Positions 53,314 to 62,651 of a DNA stretch of 64,000 nucleotides are shown piece after piece. How positions within the stretch are numbered: the stretch's first letter is position 1; every line of letters begins with the position of its first letter. The stretch comes from Dehalococcoidia bacterium. Its GTDB lineage: Bacteria > Chloroflexota > Dehalococcoidia > Lucifugimonadales > UBA1123. The position numbers and the translations under genes were made by a program. The stretch spans positions 10,119 through 74,118 of the forward strand of contig DAOUKV010000016.1 of NCBI GenBank assembly GCA_034420955.1, given 5' to 3'. A model generated the notes under the pieces. The model ran no database searches and was not told where the DNA came from. It saw only the letters and a program-made list of their open reading frames with translations.

Positions 53314-55293
53314 ATGTCCAAGCCAATATCCGCAGACATCGTGTACCAGCTCGTCAGCGTGGCGTCTCCGTCGCTGTCGCCGGACGGCTCGCGCTTGGCG
53401 TTCGTCCGCTCGCGGGTCGATCGGCAGAGCATGGAGACGCGCTCGCAAATCATGCTGCGCGACGTAGCGACGGGGGAAACAGCGCCGTTCACGAACGGGA
53501 CGCGCGACTCCAGCCCGCGCTTCTCGCCGGACGGACGCTATCTCGCCTTCGTCCGTCCCGACGATGGGGGCAAGTCCCAGCTGTGGACGATGCCGACCGA
53601 CGGCGGCGAGGCGAGCAAGCTGACGGAGGTTCCGGGCGGCATCACCGACGTCGCGTGGGCGCCCGATTCGCGCTCACTCGCGTTCGTGTCGGACGTCGAT
53701 CCGGACAGGGCGCCTGACGATCACGACCCGAAGACAGAGCCGCGCGTCGGCGTAGTAACGCGCATCCGCTACCGCGCGGACGGGCTGGGTTGGCGCGGCA
53801 ACGCCTTCAGGCACGTGTTCGTCGTCGAGCGCGAGTCGGGCGATACGCGGCAGATCACTGACGGCGAGGGCGATGACAGCGCGCCCACATGGTCGCCCGA
53901 CGGCGAAACTATCGCGTTCATCTCGGACCGGCGGGCGGACCGCGAGATAGCGACACACTCCGACGTGTACGCCGTACCGTCTGATCCATCGGGCGGCGGC
54001 GATCCGGAGCTGCGCTCGCGGGGGCTGTCCAGCGTCGCCGCGCTGTGCTGGGCGCCGGACGGCGAGGCGATAGCCGTCGTCGGCTCGGACGATGACGACG
54101 CGGGCGCGGGCTGGCAATCGTGGCTGTTCGCGCTGGAGCGCGGACGCGCGCCGCGCAAGCTGACGGACGATTCGATTAGCCCGGCGGGAGGCTACGCGCC
54201 ACTGGTACCCGCGCCCGAAATGCGCTGGACGCCAGCGTATGGATCGAATAGGGGGACAATCTCGTTCGTCGCCGATGCGCGGGGAGAGTCCGCCGTATAT
54301 CAGATCAACGCTGCGGGCGGAGACCTGCGGCGCCCCAGAAACGTTTGGGCGGGCGGCCTGATCTCGCAGGTATCGTTCGACGCGGACGCGAACGGGGCAG
54401 TTCTGCTGAAGGCGTCGCCCGACTCGCCGGGCGATCTGCACGCGCTGGATATGGAATCCGGGACGCTGACGCAGCTTACGGATGAGAACCGCGAATACTT
54501 CACCGAGCATCCGCCGGCGCGGTTCGAGAAGCTCAGCGTGGAGCGCGGCGGGTTCGAGATCGAATCCCGAATCCTGTTGCCACCGGATTTTGACGGGGCG
54601 GAACGCTATCCTCTGGTTCTCGATATTCACGGCGGGCCGCACGGCGTGTTCTCCGACAGCTTCAGCCCTCAGCAGCAGGTTCTCGCCACCGCCGGCTACA
54701 TCGTGCTGGCGGTCAACCCGCGCGGCTCTTCGACCTACGGCGCGGAGTTCATGAAGGCGGTTCTGGGAGACTGGGGCGGCGAGGACTACCGGGACATCAT
54801 GTTCGCGCTCGAAAGCGTGTGCGAGCGCGCCTACGTGGACGAGACGCGGCTGGGCATTACCGGTTACAGCTACGGCGGCTTCATGAGCTCGTGGATAATC
54901 GGCCACGAGCCGCGCTTCGGGGCGGCAGTCATCGGCGCGCCGTGCATCAACCTCTCCAGCATGTACGGCACGTCTGACATCGGCGTCCGCTTCGGCGAGC
55001 CGCAGTGGGGCGGGACGCGGTGGGACGCGCTCGACAGGTTCCTGGAGCGCTCGCCGCTCACCTACGCGCCCGACGTCCAAACGCCCGCGCTGCTGATGCA
55101 CGGCGAATCCGACCACCGCTGCCCGATAGAACAGTCCGAGCAATTCTTCGTGACACTGAAGCGATTGGGCAAGGAGGTAGAGTTCGTCCGCTTCCCCGAT
55201 AGCTCGCACGGCTTCCTGAGAACGGGGCATCCACGCCTGCGCGAGGAGTACCTGTCGCGGCTGCTGGGATGGATGGATAGGTGGTTATGCTGA
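53314..55293 (+). CDS. S9 family serine peptidase (acylaminoacyl-peptidase/prolyl oligopeptidase-like)
   Basis: N-terminal beta-propeller repeats ('SPDG..LAFV'), a catalytic 'GYSYGG', and C-terminal 'HGESDHRCP'. GGGGAGGA Shine-Dalgarno before ATG 53314. Confidence 0.85.
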   Translation: MSKPISADIVYQLVSVASPSLSPDGSRLAFVRSRVDRQSMETRSQIMLRDVATGETAPFTNGTRDSSPRFSPDGRYLAFVRPDDGGKSQLWTMPTDGGEASKLTEVPGGITDVAWAPDSRSLAFVSDVDPDRAPDDHDPKTEPRVGVVTRIRYRADGLGWRGNAFRHVFVVERESGDTRQITDGEGDDSAPTWSPDGETIAFISDRRADREIATHSDVYAVPSDPSGGGDPELRSRGLSSVAALCWAPDGEAIAVVGSDDDDAGAGWQSWLFALERGRAPRKLTDDSISPAGGYAPLVPAPEMRWTPAYGSNRGTISFVADARGESAVYQINAAGGDLRRPRNVWAGGLISQVSFDADANGAVLLKASPDSPGDLHALDMESGTLTQLTDENREYFTEHPPARFEKLSVERGGFEIESRILLPPDFDGAERYPLVLDIHGGPHGVFSDSFSPQQQVLATAGYIVLAVNPRGSSTYGAEFMKAVLGDWGGEDYRDIMFALESVCERAYVDETRLGITGYSYGGFMSSWIIGHEPRFGAAVIGAPCINLSSMYGTSDIGVRFGEPQWGGTRWDALDRFLERSPLTYAPDVQTPALLMHGESDHRCPIEQSEQFFVTLKRLGKEVEFVRFPDSSHGFLRTGHPRLREEYLSRLLGWMDRWLC

Positions 55294-57206
55294 TCTCGGC
55301 TTCACAGTTGCGGCTCTTCTACGGCGATATGGAGATATTCGCCGGAGTCAGCGCGGACGTGGACGACTATTCGCGCATCGGCCTGGTCGGCGTCAACGGC
55401 AGCGGCAAGACATCGCTGCTGCGGCTGCTGGTCGGCGAGCTGGAACCGGACAACGGCTCCGTGGCCACTCGCGCGGGGCTTCGCATGGCATACGTGCCGC
55501 AGATCGCGGAGCGCGACGCGCCCGGAACGCTGCGCGACGAGGTGGAATCGGCGTTCGCGGACCTGTTCGAGATGGAGCGGCAGCTTGCCGATACCGCGCT
55601 CGAAATCCAGCAGGGATCCGGCGCGGCGAGACGCGACGCCGAGAACCGCTACGCCAAGCTCTTGGAACGATACGAATCGGAGGGCGGCTACGACTACCAG
55701 AGCCGCGTGGAGCGCGTGGCGCAAGGCGTGGGCCTGCCGACTGAGACGCTCGACACCCCAACCTCGGTCGCCAGCGGCGGGGAGCGCACCCGCGCCGCCC
55801 TGGCCCGCGCGCTGCTGACCGATCCCGATCTGCTGATCCTCGACGAGCCGACGAACTATCTAGACTTCGACGGTCTGAACTGGCTGGAGAACTTCCTGTC
55901 CGAGTTCAAGGGCGCGGTCCTGGCCGTGTCGCACGACCGATATTTTCTCGACCGCGTATGTTTGGAGATCTGGGAGATGGAGCTGGGAAAGCTGGCCAGA
56001 TTCCCGGGCAATTACTCGAAGTACCGCGAGTTGAAGCGGGCGCAGATCGTCCGCCAGCAGATAGAGTACGAGCGCCAGCAGGAGTACATCGCCAAGGAGG
56101 AGTACTTCATCCAGCGCTACAAGGCCGGGCAGCGTTCGCGCGAGGCGCGCGGCAGGGAGACCCGGCTGGCGCGCCTGGAACGCATCGAAGCTCCGCAGTC
56201 CGAGCGCGCGATCAGCATCGGCAGGGCAGACGCCTCGAGGACGGGACAGATCACGGTGAGCTTGCGGAACCTGAGCGTCGGCTTCTCCAACAACGGCCAC
56301 AAGACGCGACTGCTGAACGTGCCGGACATAGACCTGGAACGCGGCTCGCGCACCGCTATCATCGGCGCCAACGGCATCGGCAAGACGACGCTGCTGCGAA
56401 CGATTCTCGGAGAGATCCCACCCCTGTCCGGCGTCGTAACGCTCGGCCACAACGTGGAGACGGGGCATCTGAACCAGGGCACGTGGAACCTGCCGGACGA
56501 CAAGACGGCGCTGGACGCCTTTCTGGAGGTCCGCAACACGCCGATCGGCGACGCGCGGGATTACCTGGCGCGATTTTTGTTTAGGGGCGACGAAGTGTTC
56601 AAGCGCGTGTCGTCTCTGTCCGGCGGCGAGCGGACGCGGCTGGCGCTCGCGCGGCTGCTCATCACCTACCCAAACGTACTTGTCTTGGACGAGCCGACGA
56701 CGCATCTCGACATCGCCAGCCGCGAGGCGCTGGAGGAGACGCTGCAATCCTACGACGGCGCGCTGCTGTTCGTATCGCACGACCGCCACTTCATCAGCCT
56801 GATGGCTGAGCGCATCCTGGTGATCGAGAGCGGCTCTGTCCGCCCGTTCGACGGCGGCTACGAAGATTGGGCGCGCGCCAACCGCCCGCCCGATCCGCAG
56901 CCCGTATCTCGACGCGCCCGCGCGCGCCACCGCCGACGCGACCGCCAGGCCCGCCAGGCCGAGCGTCAGAACCAGCGCGGCGCCAAGCCCGCTCAGCGCT
57001 CTGGTCGCCAACAGGAGCGGCGACAGGGACAGACGGACTACGAAGCGCTGATCCAGAAACTCGAGGCGAGCGTCGCCACCATCGAGAGACGCATCGAGAC
57101 GGCGTCGGCGAAGCGGGACGTCGAGCGCATCGAGCGCCTGGCGCGGCAGCACGCGCGGGCGCAAAAGGCGCTCGAACAGGCGTGGAGGCGGTGGAGCGGT
57201 GAGTAA
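55287..57206 (+). CDS. ABC-F family ATPase (translation-associated) with Arg-rich coiled-coil tail
   Basis: Two NBDs ('GVNGSGKTS'/'ASGGERTR', 'GANGIGKTT'/'LSGGERTR') and no TM domain. Overlaps the peptidase stop by 7 nt. Confidence 0.85.
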   Translation: MLISASQLRLFYGDMEIFAGVSADVDDYSRIGLVGVNGSGKTSLLRLLVGELEPDNGSVATRAGLRMAYVPQIAERDAPGTLRDEVESAFADLFEMERQLADTALEIQQGSGAARRDAENRYAKLLERYESEGGYDYQSRVERVAQGVGLPTETLDTPTSVASGGERTRAALARALLTDPDLLILDEPTNYLDFDGLNWLENFLSEFKGAVLAVSHDRYFLDRVCLEIWEMELGKLARFPGNYSKYRELKRAQIVRQQIEYERQQEYIAKEEYFIQRYKAGQRSREARGRETRLARLERIEAPQSERAISIGRADASRTGQITVSLRNLSVGFSNNGHKTRLLNVPDIDLERGSRTAIIGANGIGKTTLLRTILGEIPPLSGVVTLGHNVETGHLNQGTWNLPDDKTALDAFLEVRNTPIGDARDYLARFLFRGDEVFKRVSSLSGGERTRLALARLLITYPNVLVLDEPTTHLDIASREALEETLQSYDGALLFVSHDRHFISLMAERILVIESGSVRPFDGGYEDWARANRPPDPQPVSRRARARHRRRDRQARQAERQNQRGAKPAQRSGRQQERRQGQTDYEALIQKLEASVATIERRIETASAKRDVERIERLARQHARAQKALEQAWRRWSGE

Positions 57207-57285
57207 GACGACATTCCTTCCAGACATTGACAATATCAAGCCGAAAATGCGAAACTCGGCGCAGCAATTTGGTGGAGCGCGATTC

Positions 57286-58158
57286 ATGAATGTGGGGGCT
57301 TGTAGAGTGATCCGGGACTGGCGACTGTGGATTCTCGTAGCTACTGTCTGCGTGGCGCTGTTCGCGTCGGCATCGTGCTCGAGCGCCGAGGAACCGGCGC
57401 CGGCGCAAGAAGGGGCTGCGGGCGCGACTTCCAGCGGCGGCCAAGCCGCGCCCGCCGAGTCATCCGGCGCGGCGCCGAGCGGATCATCCGGAGAAGCGGT
57501 GTTCCCCGACTCTGTGGTCGAGGAGAACGTTCGCGCTGACCTGAAGCTGTCCGACGACGACCCCATACCGCTCGCCCAGGTCGAGCAGATAACGGAGTTC
57601 AGCGTAGAGTTGGAGCTGTACGTGGAAGACCTGACGGGCATAGGGCAGATGGTCAATCTGACCTCGTTCGACATGACGCAGAACAAGACGAGCGACCTTT
57701 CGCCTCTGTCCTCTCTGACGAAGCTGGAACGGCTGGACGTTTCCCAAAATCAGGTAACCGACCTCTCCCCGCTCGCCGGGCTTACCACCATAACCTGGTT
57801 CGCCGCGCAGGACAACGAGATAGCCGACATAACCCCGCTAGCCGGGCTTACCGGACTGACTCACCTGAACCTGCAAGCCAATCAGATAACCGACATCTCC
57901 CCCTTGGCGAACATGACCGAGCTCGAAAGCCTCAAGCTTACGAACAACGACGTCAGCGACATATCGGCGCTGTCCGGGCTTTCCAACCTTATGTTCCTCG
58001 AACTGGTCAAGAACAACGTCAGCGACCTTTCGCCCCTGCTCGAAGCGGGGCTGAAGGAGGGGGCGCATATCCGACTTTGGGGGCAGCCACTCGACGAAAA
58101 CTCCGAAAACAACGTCGTCCCTGCGCTCATAGCCGCCGGAGTCAAGGTGGAGAAGTAG
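57286..58158 (+). CDS. Secreted/lipoprotein leucine-rich repeat (internalin-like) protein
   Basis: Signal 'WILVATVCVALFASASC', a Ser/Ala/Gly linker, then about seven 22-aa repeats 'L.xLxxLxxLxLxxNxIxDISPLAG'. Start could also be ATG 57247. Confidence 0.75.
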   Translation: MNVGACRVIRDWRLWILVATVCVALFASASCSSAEEPAPAQEGAAGATSSGGQAAPAESSGAAPSGSSGEAVFPDSVVEENVRADLKLSDDDPIPLAQVEQITEFSVELELYVEDLTGIGQMVNLTSFDMTQNKTSDLSPLSSLTKLERLDVSQNQVTDLSPLAGLTTITWFAAQDNEIADITPLAGLTGLTHLNLQANQITDISPLANMTELESLKLTNNDVSDISALSGLSNLMFLELVKNNVSDLSPLLEAGLKEGAHIRLWGQPLDENSENNVVPALIAAGVKVEK

Positions 58159-58162
58159 AAGG

Positions 58163-59128
58163 ATGCGAACCTACATACTGAGAAGGTTGCTTCTCGCCAT
58201 CCCCACCATGCTCATCGTGGTGTTTCTGACCATCGCGTCGCTGCGGCTCATTCCGGGGGACGCCGTGGACGTGCTGGTGGGACAGATGGACCTGTCCGGC
58301 AAGGAGAACCGCGAGGAGCTCCGGGCGCAGCTGGAGAAGGAGCTTGGGCTGGATGGGCCGATATACGTTCAGTACTTTCGGTGGTGGCGCGACCTTCTGA
58401 CCAAGGGGGAACTGGGCAATTCCATATTCATCGGCGGGCCGGTGAAAGACCACATCATCCAACGACTGCCGGTAACGCTGGAATTGGGGGTGCTGGCGCT
58501 TATCGTCGCCTTGCTCATATCGTTCCCGGTGGGGATATTCTCGGCGATACGCCAAGATACGGTCGGCGACTACGTGGCGCGCAGCATCGCGATACTGCTC
58601 ATAAGCGTGCCTTCGTTCTGGATTGGCATCATGGTTTTCGTCTTCCCGTCTCTCTGGTGGGGATGGTCGCCACCCATCGTCAACATCAGCTTCATGGAAG
58701 ACCCTTGGGCAAACCTGAAGATGTACATACTGCCGGCGGTGATCTTGGGCATGGCTATCAACGGCGTGAATATGCGCCTGACGCGGACGATGATGCTGGA
58801 AGTGGTGCGCGAGGATTACATACGGACGGCGTACTCGAAGGGGCTAAAGGAGCGTGTGGTGGTGCTCCGCCACGCGGTGAAGAACGCGCTGATTCCGGTG
58901 ATCACCGTAATCGGGCTGAACGTGCCCATAGTGATCGGCGGGTCGGTCATCATCGAGCAGATTTTCCTGCTGCCCGGAATGGGGCGGCTTGCGGTCGAGG
59001 CGGCGCTGATACGGGATTTCCCCGTGATCATCGGCGTAACGTTCGTGTTCAGCCTGTTCGTGCTTATCATCATTCTGATAACCGATCTGAGCTACGCTTG
59101 GCTCGATCCCCGCATTCGATACAGGTAG
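58163..59128 (+). CDS. ABC transporter permease (DppB/OppB type)
   Basis: 'MRTYILRRLLLAIPTMLIV' N-terminus and the BPD EAA loop 'YIRTAYSKGLKERVVVLRHAVKNAL'. Confidence 0.85.
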   Translation: MRTYILRRLLLAIPTMLIVVFLTIASLRLIPGDAVDVLVGQMDLSGKENREELRAQLEKELGLDGPIYVQYFRWWRDLLTKGELGNSIFIGGPVKDHIIQRLPVTLELGVLALIVALLISFPVGIFSAIRQDTVGDYVARSIAILLISVPSFWIGIMVFVFPSLWWGWSPPIVNISFMEDPWANLKMYILPAVILGMAINGVNMRLTRTMMLEVVREDYIRTAYSKGLKERVVVLRHAVKNALIPVITVIGLNVPIVIGGSVIIEQIFLLPGMGRLAVEAALIRDFPVIIGVTFVFSLFVLIIILITDLSYAWLDPRIRYR

Positions 59129-59143
59129 AGGGGAATCGTAAAG

Positions 59144-60043
59144 ATGTCAACCACAGGCGTAGCGACCCTCGCCAGGAAGCGACAAAATCCTGTCGTTGAT
59201 TTTGTGTCGCGGCTGGTGCGGACGAAGCCGCTCGGCACCGTGTCGGCGGTCATCGTTCTGGTCTTCTTCTGTGTCGGGGTGTTCGCCAACGTCCTGGCTC
59301 CGCACGACTTCAACGAGCAATTCCGGGGAGTATATCTGCAGCCTCCGTCGGCGGAACACTGGTTCGGCACAGACAACATTGGGCGAGATATGTTCAGCCG
59401 AATCCTCTACGGCGCGCGAATCTCGATGCTGGTTGGCGTCGTCGGAAGCGCAGTCTCGCTGGTGGTATCGTGCCTCATCGGGTTGCCTTCCGGGTACTTC
59501 GGCGGCAAGTTCGACCTGGTAACCCAGCGGTTCATAGACGCTTGGCTGGTGTTCCCTGATCTCATTTTGCTGATCTTGCTCGTCGCCGTCGTGGGGCCCA
59601 GTCTGTGGACTATCGTGTTCATTCTCGGACTTCAATATGGGCTTGGTGGCTCGCGCTCGGTGCGCGGCGCGGTAATCGGCATTAGACAGAACGCCTACAT
59701 AGAGAGCGCGCAGGCCGTCGGCGTGCCGACGTGGCGGATACTCATACGCCATATGCTGCCGAACGTCGCGCCGTTCCTGCTGGTGCTGGTTACGACGCGA
59801 ATGCCAGGCATGATGCTGGCCGAAGCGGGGCTGAGTTTCCTGGGTCTGGGCGTGCCGCCTCCGGCCCCAAGCTGGGGCGGGATGTTGAGCGGAGCGGCGA
59901 TCAACTACATGTACGCCGCGCCGTACCTGGCGATCTGGCCGGGGATGGCGCTTAGCGTCGTGGTGTACAGCACCAACATGTTCGGAGACGCGCTGAGGGA
60001 TCTGCTGGATCCGAGGCTGAGAGGACAGGTAGGAAGGTTCTAA
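59144..60043 (+). CDS. ABC transporter permease (DppC/OppC type)
   Basis: 'HWFGTDNIGRDMFSRILYGARIS' and the EAA loop 'YIESAQAVGVPTWRILIRHMLPN'. Confidence 0.85.
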   Translation: MSTTGVATLARKRQNPVVDFVSRLVRTKPLGTVSAVIVLVFFCVGVFANVLAPHDFNEQFRGVYLQPPSAEHWFGTDNIGRDMFSRILYGARISMLVGVVGSAVSLVVSCLIGLPSGYFGGKFDLVTQRFIDAWLVFPDLILLILLVAVVGPSLWTIVFILGLQYGLGGSRSVRGAVIGIRQNAYIESAQAVGVPTWRILIRHMLPNVAPFLLVLVTTRMPGMMLAEAGLSFLGLGVPPPAPSWGGMLSGAAINYMYAAPYLAIWPGMALSVVVYSTNMFGDALRDLLDPRLRGQVGRF

Positions 60044-60217
60044 ATCGAGATTTACCGTCGGCAATCGGTATGATAAAGTTGCGACGCCGCAAATATCCGA
60101 GCCCCTTGATTTGGCAATCGGGCGGTCATATGCATAAGCGATTGGAGTAGCTCTATCGTGATTGCGTTAGGAGCAACAGAAGGCAGACAGGAAAGTTGAT
60201 TCGGAGGTAGAGTAGAT

Positions 60218-62443
60218 ATGAAGACGGACAAGAGAATCTGGATGACGCTGAGCGTCTCCCTAGCGCTGGCTGTGTTGCTGGCGTTGGCAGTGGCGTGCAG
60301 CAGCACGGAGGATCCCGCGCCCGCTCCGGCGGAACCGGCGATGAGCGCGGCGGACATAGCCAAGATCGTGCAGGAAACGATGTCGGCGCAGCCGCAGCCT
60401 GAAGCCATGTCCCCGTCGGACGTGGCGCAGGCGATGCAGGACGCTATGGCCGGACAGGAAGGCGTTTCGCAGCAGGATGTCGCCGACGCGATAGCGAGCG
60501 CTCTGGCGGCGCAGCCCAAAGAGGAAGGGCTGACCGAGGCTGACGTGGCGCGGACGATCGCTGAAGCGCTGCAGGCGCAGACGCCCGGACTGACCGAGGC
60601 CGACGTCGCCAAGACTGTCGCCGATGCGCTGGCGGCGCAGTCACCCGGCATGACTGAAGCCGACGTTGCCGCGGCGGTCGCCGAGGCGATGGCGATGCAG
60701 GCTCCCAGCCTGACCCAGGAAGACCTGGCCAAGGCGGTCGCCGAAGCCATGGCTAGTGAAGTGGCCGTGCCTACGCTTCTGAAGGAAGGCGAGACCCAGC
60801 TTGTTGATATCACGACAAAGCCCGCCTATGGCGGACAGCTACGCCTGGCGCTGCACAGCGACCCGGGCGGCGAGTGGGATATGTGCCAGTTCAAGGCGCA
60901 GCACATGCAGACCCACGTGGTCGAGAACTTCCTGCTGGGCGACTACAACTTGGGTCCATCAGGAGAGGGTCTGACCACGTTCCAGCCGCGTTTGGGCATT
61001 GGGACGGACAAACTGGCTGTGGGAGCGCTGGCAGAATCTTGGGAGATACCGGATCCGCTAACGTACAGCTTCAAACTGCGGACCGGCATCAGGTGGCAGG
61101 ACAAGCACCCGACGTTCGGCAGGCCGGTAACGGCGGAGGAGATAGCCGCAGAGATCAACCGCATCAAGGAATGCCGCTGGCCGCGCCACGACTTCCTCGA
61201 TGACGTAACCGCCGACGACACCGATGGCGATGGCGTCGCCGATACCATCACCCACCACACCAACCAGCCAATATCGTTCTGGGGATACGAGTTCGCGTGG
61301 GGGCCGTACTTCATGTCCGCGCCGCCGGAGTCTCTAGCGGCAGAGGGGGGCTTGACCGAACCTTGGAACCAGTCTGGCACCGGACCGTGGATGACAGTGG
61401 AGGACGGCTACACGCCCGCGAGTACACTGGAGTTCGAGAAGAACCCGGACTGGCACATGACGTACACGGTGGATGGCACTGAATACAATCTGCCGTTCAT
61501 GGACTCGATGCACTACACGATAATCCCGCAGGAGGCGGTGAGGCTGACGGCGCTTCGCACTGGGAAGTTGGACTATCTGCAGGACGTGCGGACGTCGGAC
61601 AGGCCGGTGCTGGAACAGACCAACCCTGACCTGGGCAGGGCGCTGGCGCTGGAAGACTCTTTCGGCTACTTCATGCCGATGAACAAGCCACCGTTCGACG
61701 ACGTCAATGTTCGGCTGGCGATGAACTACGCGCTGGACCGCGGCGTCTATACCGACGCGCTGTTCGGCGGCGACGCCATTACGCTGACCTTCCCGCTGCA
61801 GCCGGAGTGGCCGCTCCACTACGAGGCGCTGGAAGAGCAGCCGCAGGCAGTTCAGGACTACCACATGTACGACCCGGAGAAGGCGAAGCAGCTTCTTGAC
61901 GGAGCGGGCCTTACGCCCAACGCTGACGGCGTTCGCCTCTCGATTCCGTTGCTGATTCGCAACACGAACCAGCTTGAGCTCGAAGCCGCCGAAATCTCCG
62001 TCGGCTTCTGGAAGGACATTGGCGTCGATGTAACTCTTGAGCTCGTGGACGGTCCGGTTCATCAGAGCCGCCTGTTCGAGAAGCAGTACGAGTTCTTCGC
62101 CAACAACGTTACGGGACGCCCGAACGCGCTGAACGACTTCCGGCGCGGCCACCAGTGGAACCGTTCGAACCTAAACGACGAGGAGTTCCTGGAGCTCTGG
62201 GAGAACGTGCTGGTAGCGACGGATCCGGATGACCAGGTGGAGGCTATCAAGATAGCGACGACGAAGTACCTGGAGTTGGCGCCGAGCGCGCACACGCCGG
62301 CGGGCTTCGGCGGCGACTACTGGCAGCCTTGGGTGCAGAACCACAATGGCGAGAATGTGCTGGCCTTCGTGGACTACGCCTCGAAGTGGGCTTACGTATG
62401 GCTGGACCGCGACGCTCGGTTCGAGAGGACCGGCGTCAGATAG
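60218..62443 (+). CDS. Family-5 (peptide/nickel type) ABC substrate-binding lipoprotein with N-terminal tandem-repeat linker
   Basis: Lipobox-like 'LALAVACSS', seven ~20-aa repeats, then an SBP_bac_5-type body ('FKLRTGIRWQD', 'NPDWH', 'AMNYALDR'). Confidence 0.85.
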   Translation: MKTDKRIWMTLSVSLALAVLLALAVACSSTEDPAPAPAEPAMSAADIAKIVQETMSAQPQPEAMSPSDVAQAMQDAMAGQEGVSQQDVADAIASALAAQPKEEGLTEADVARTIAEALQAQTPGLTEADVAKTVADALAAQSPGMTEADVAAAVAEAMAMQAPSLTQEDLAKAVAEAMASEVAVPTLLKEGETQLVDITTKPAYGGQLRLALHSDPGGEWDMCQFKAQHMQTHVVENFLLGDYNLGPSGEGLTTFQPRLGIGTDKLAVGALAESWEIPDPLTYSFKLRTGIRWQDKHPTFGRPVTAEEIAAEINRIKECRWPRHDFLDDVTADDTDGDGVADTITHHTNQPISFWGYEFAWGPYFMSAPPESLAAEGGLTEPWNQSGTGPWMTVEDGYTPASTLEFEKNPDWHMTYTVDGTEYNLPFMDSMHYTIIPQEAVRLTALRTGKLDYLQDVRTSDRPVLEQTNPDLGRALALEDSFGYFMPMNKPPFDDVNVRLAMNYALDRGVYTDALFGGDAITLTFPLQPEWPLHYEALEEQPQAVQDYHMYDPEKAKQLLDGAGLTPNADGVRLSIPLLIRNTNQLELEAAEISVGFWKDIGVDVTLELVDGPVHQSRLFEKQYEFFANNVTGRPNALNDFRRGHQWNRSNLNDEEFLELWENVLVATDPDDQVEAIKIATTKYLELAPSAHTPAGFGGDYWQPWVQNHNGENVLAFVDYASKWAYVWLDRDARFERTGVR
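60341..60769 (+). repeat. Seven tandem ~60-nt (20-22 aa) coding repeats '(G)LTEADVAKTVADALAAQxP'
   Basis: Read from the translation: MSAADIAKIVQETMSAQ / MSPSDVAQAMQDAMAGQ / VSQQDVADAIASALAAQ / LTEADVARTIAEALQAQ / LTEADVAKTVADALAAQ / MTEADVAAAVAEAMAMQ / LTQEDLAKAVAEAMASE. Confidence 0.8.
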
Positions 62444-62503
62444 CGCGTCGCGCCAGCGCCCAACCAGGGCCAATGGCCGGACGCTAGACAAGTAGATTAG
62501 TAG

Positions 62504-62538
62504 CGGGGCGTGGCGATTGCGATCGTCGCGCCCCGTTT
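62504..62538 (+). terminator. Hairpin with short T-run after the SBP gene
   Basis: CGGGGCG...CGCCCCG stem followed by TTT, 60 nt after the stop. Confidence 0.4.
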
Positions 62539-62550
62539 GCCGTATGGCAA

Positions 62551-62640
62551 GGGGGAGTTCACCCTCACCCCAACCCTCTCCCTGAGGGAGAGGGGGCTTT
62601 ACACCCCCATACCATCCTTTCCCCGTCGAAGTGGAAGAGG
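62551..62640. repeat. Composite REP-like element (two units)
   Basis: Unit 1 has the perfect hairpin CCCTCTCCC-TGA-GGGAGAGGG (62574-62594). Unit 2 (62602-62640) is a degenerate copy of the 29122-29161 element (CACCCCCAT..CC(T)TTCCCCGTC.A.G.GGAAG.GG). Confidence 0.5.
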
Positions 62641-62651
62641 TTGATAGGATT

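Noticed and set aside
53674-57686. Minus-strand ORFs of 518 aa (53674-55230) and 608 aa (55860-57686)
   Set aside because: Both are Arg/Ala-rich with no motifs and are antisense to the well-supported S9 peptidase and ABC-F genes.
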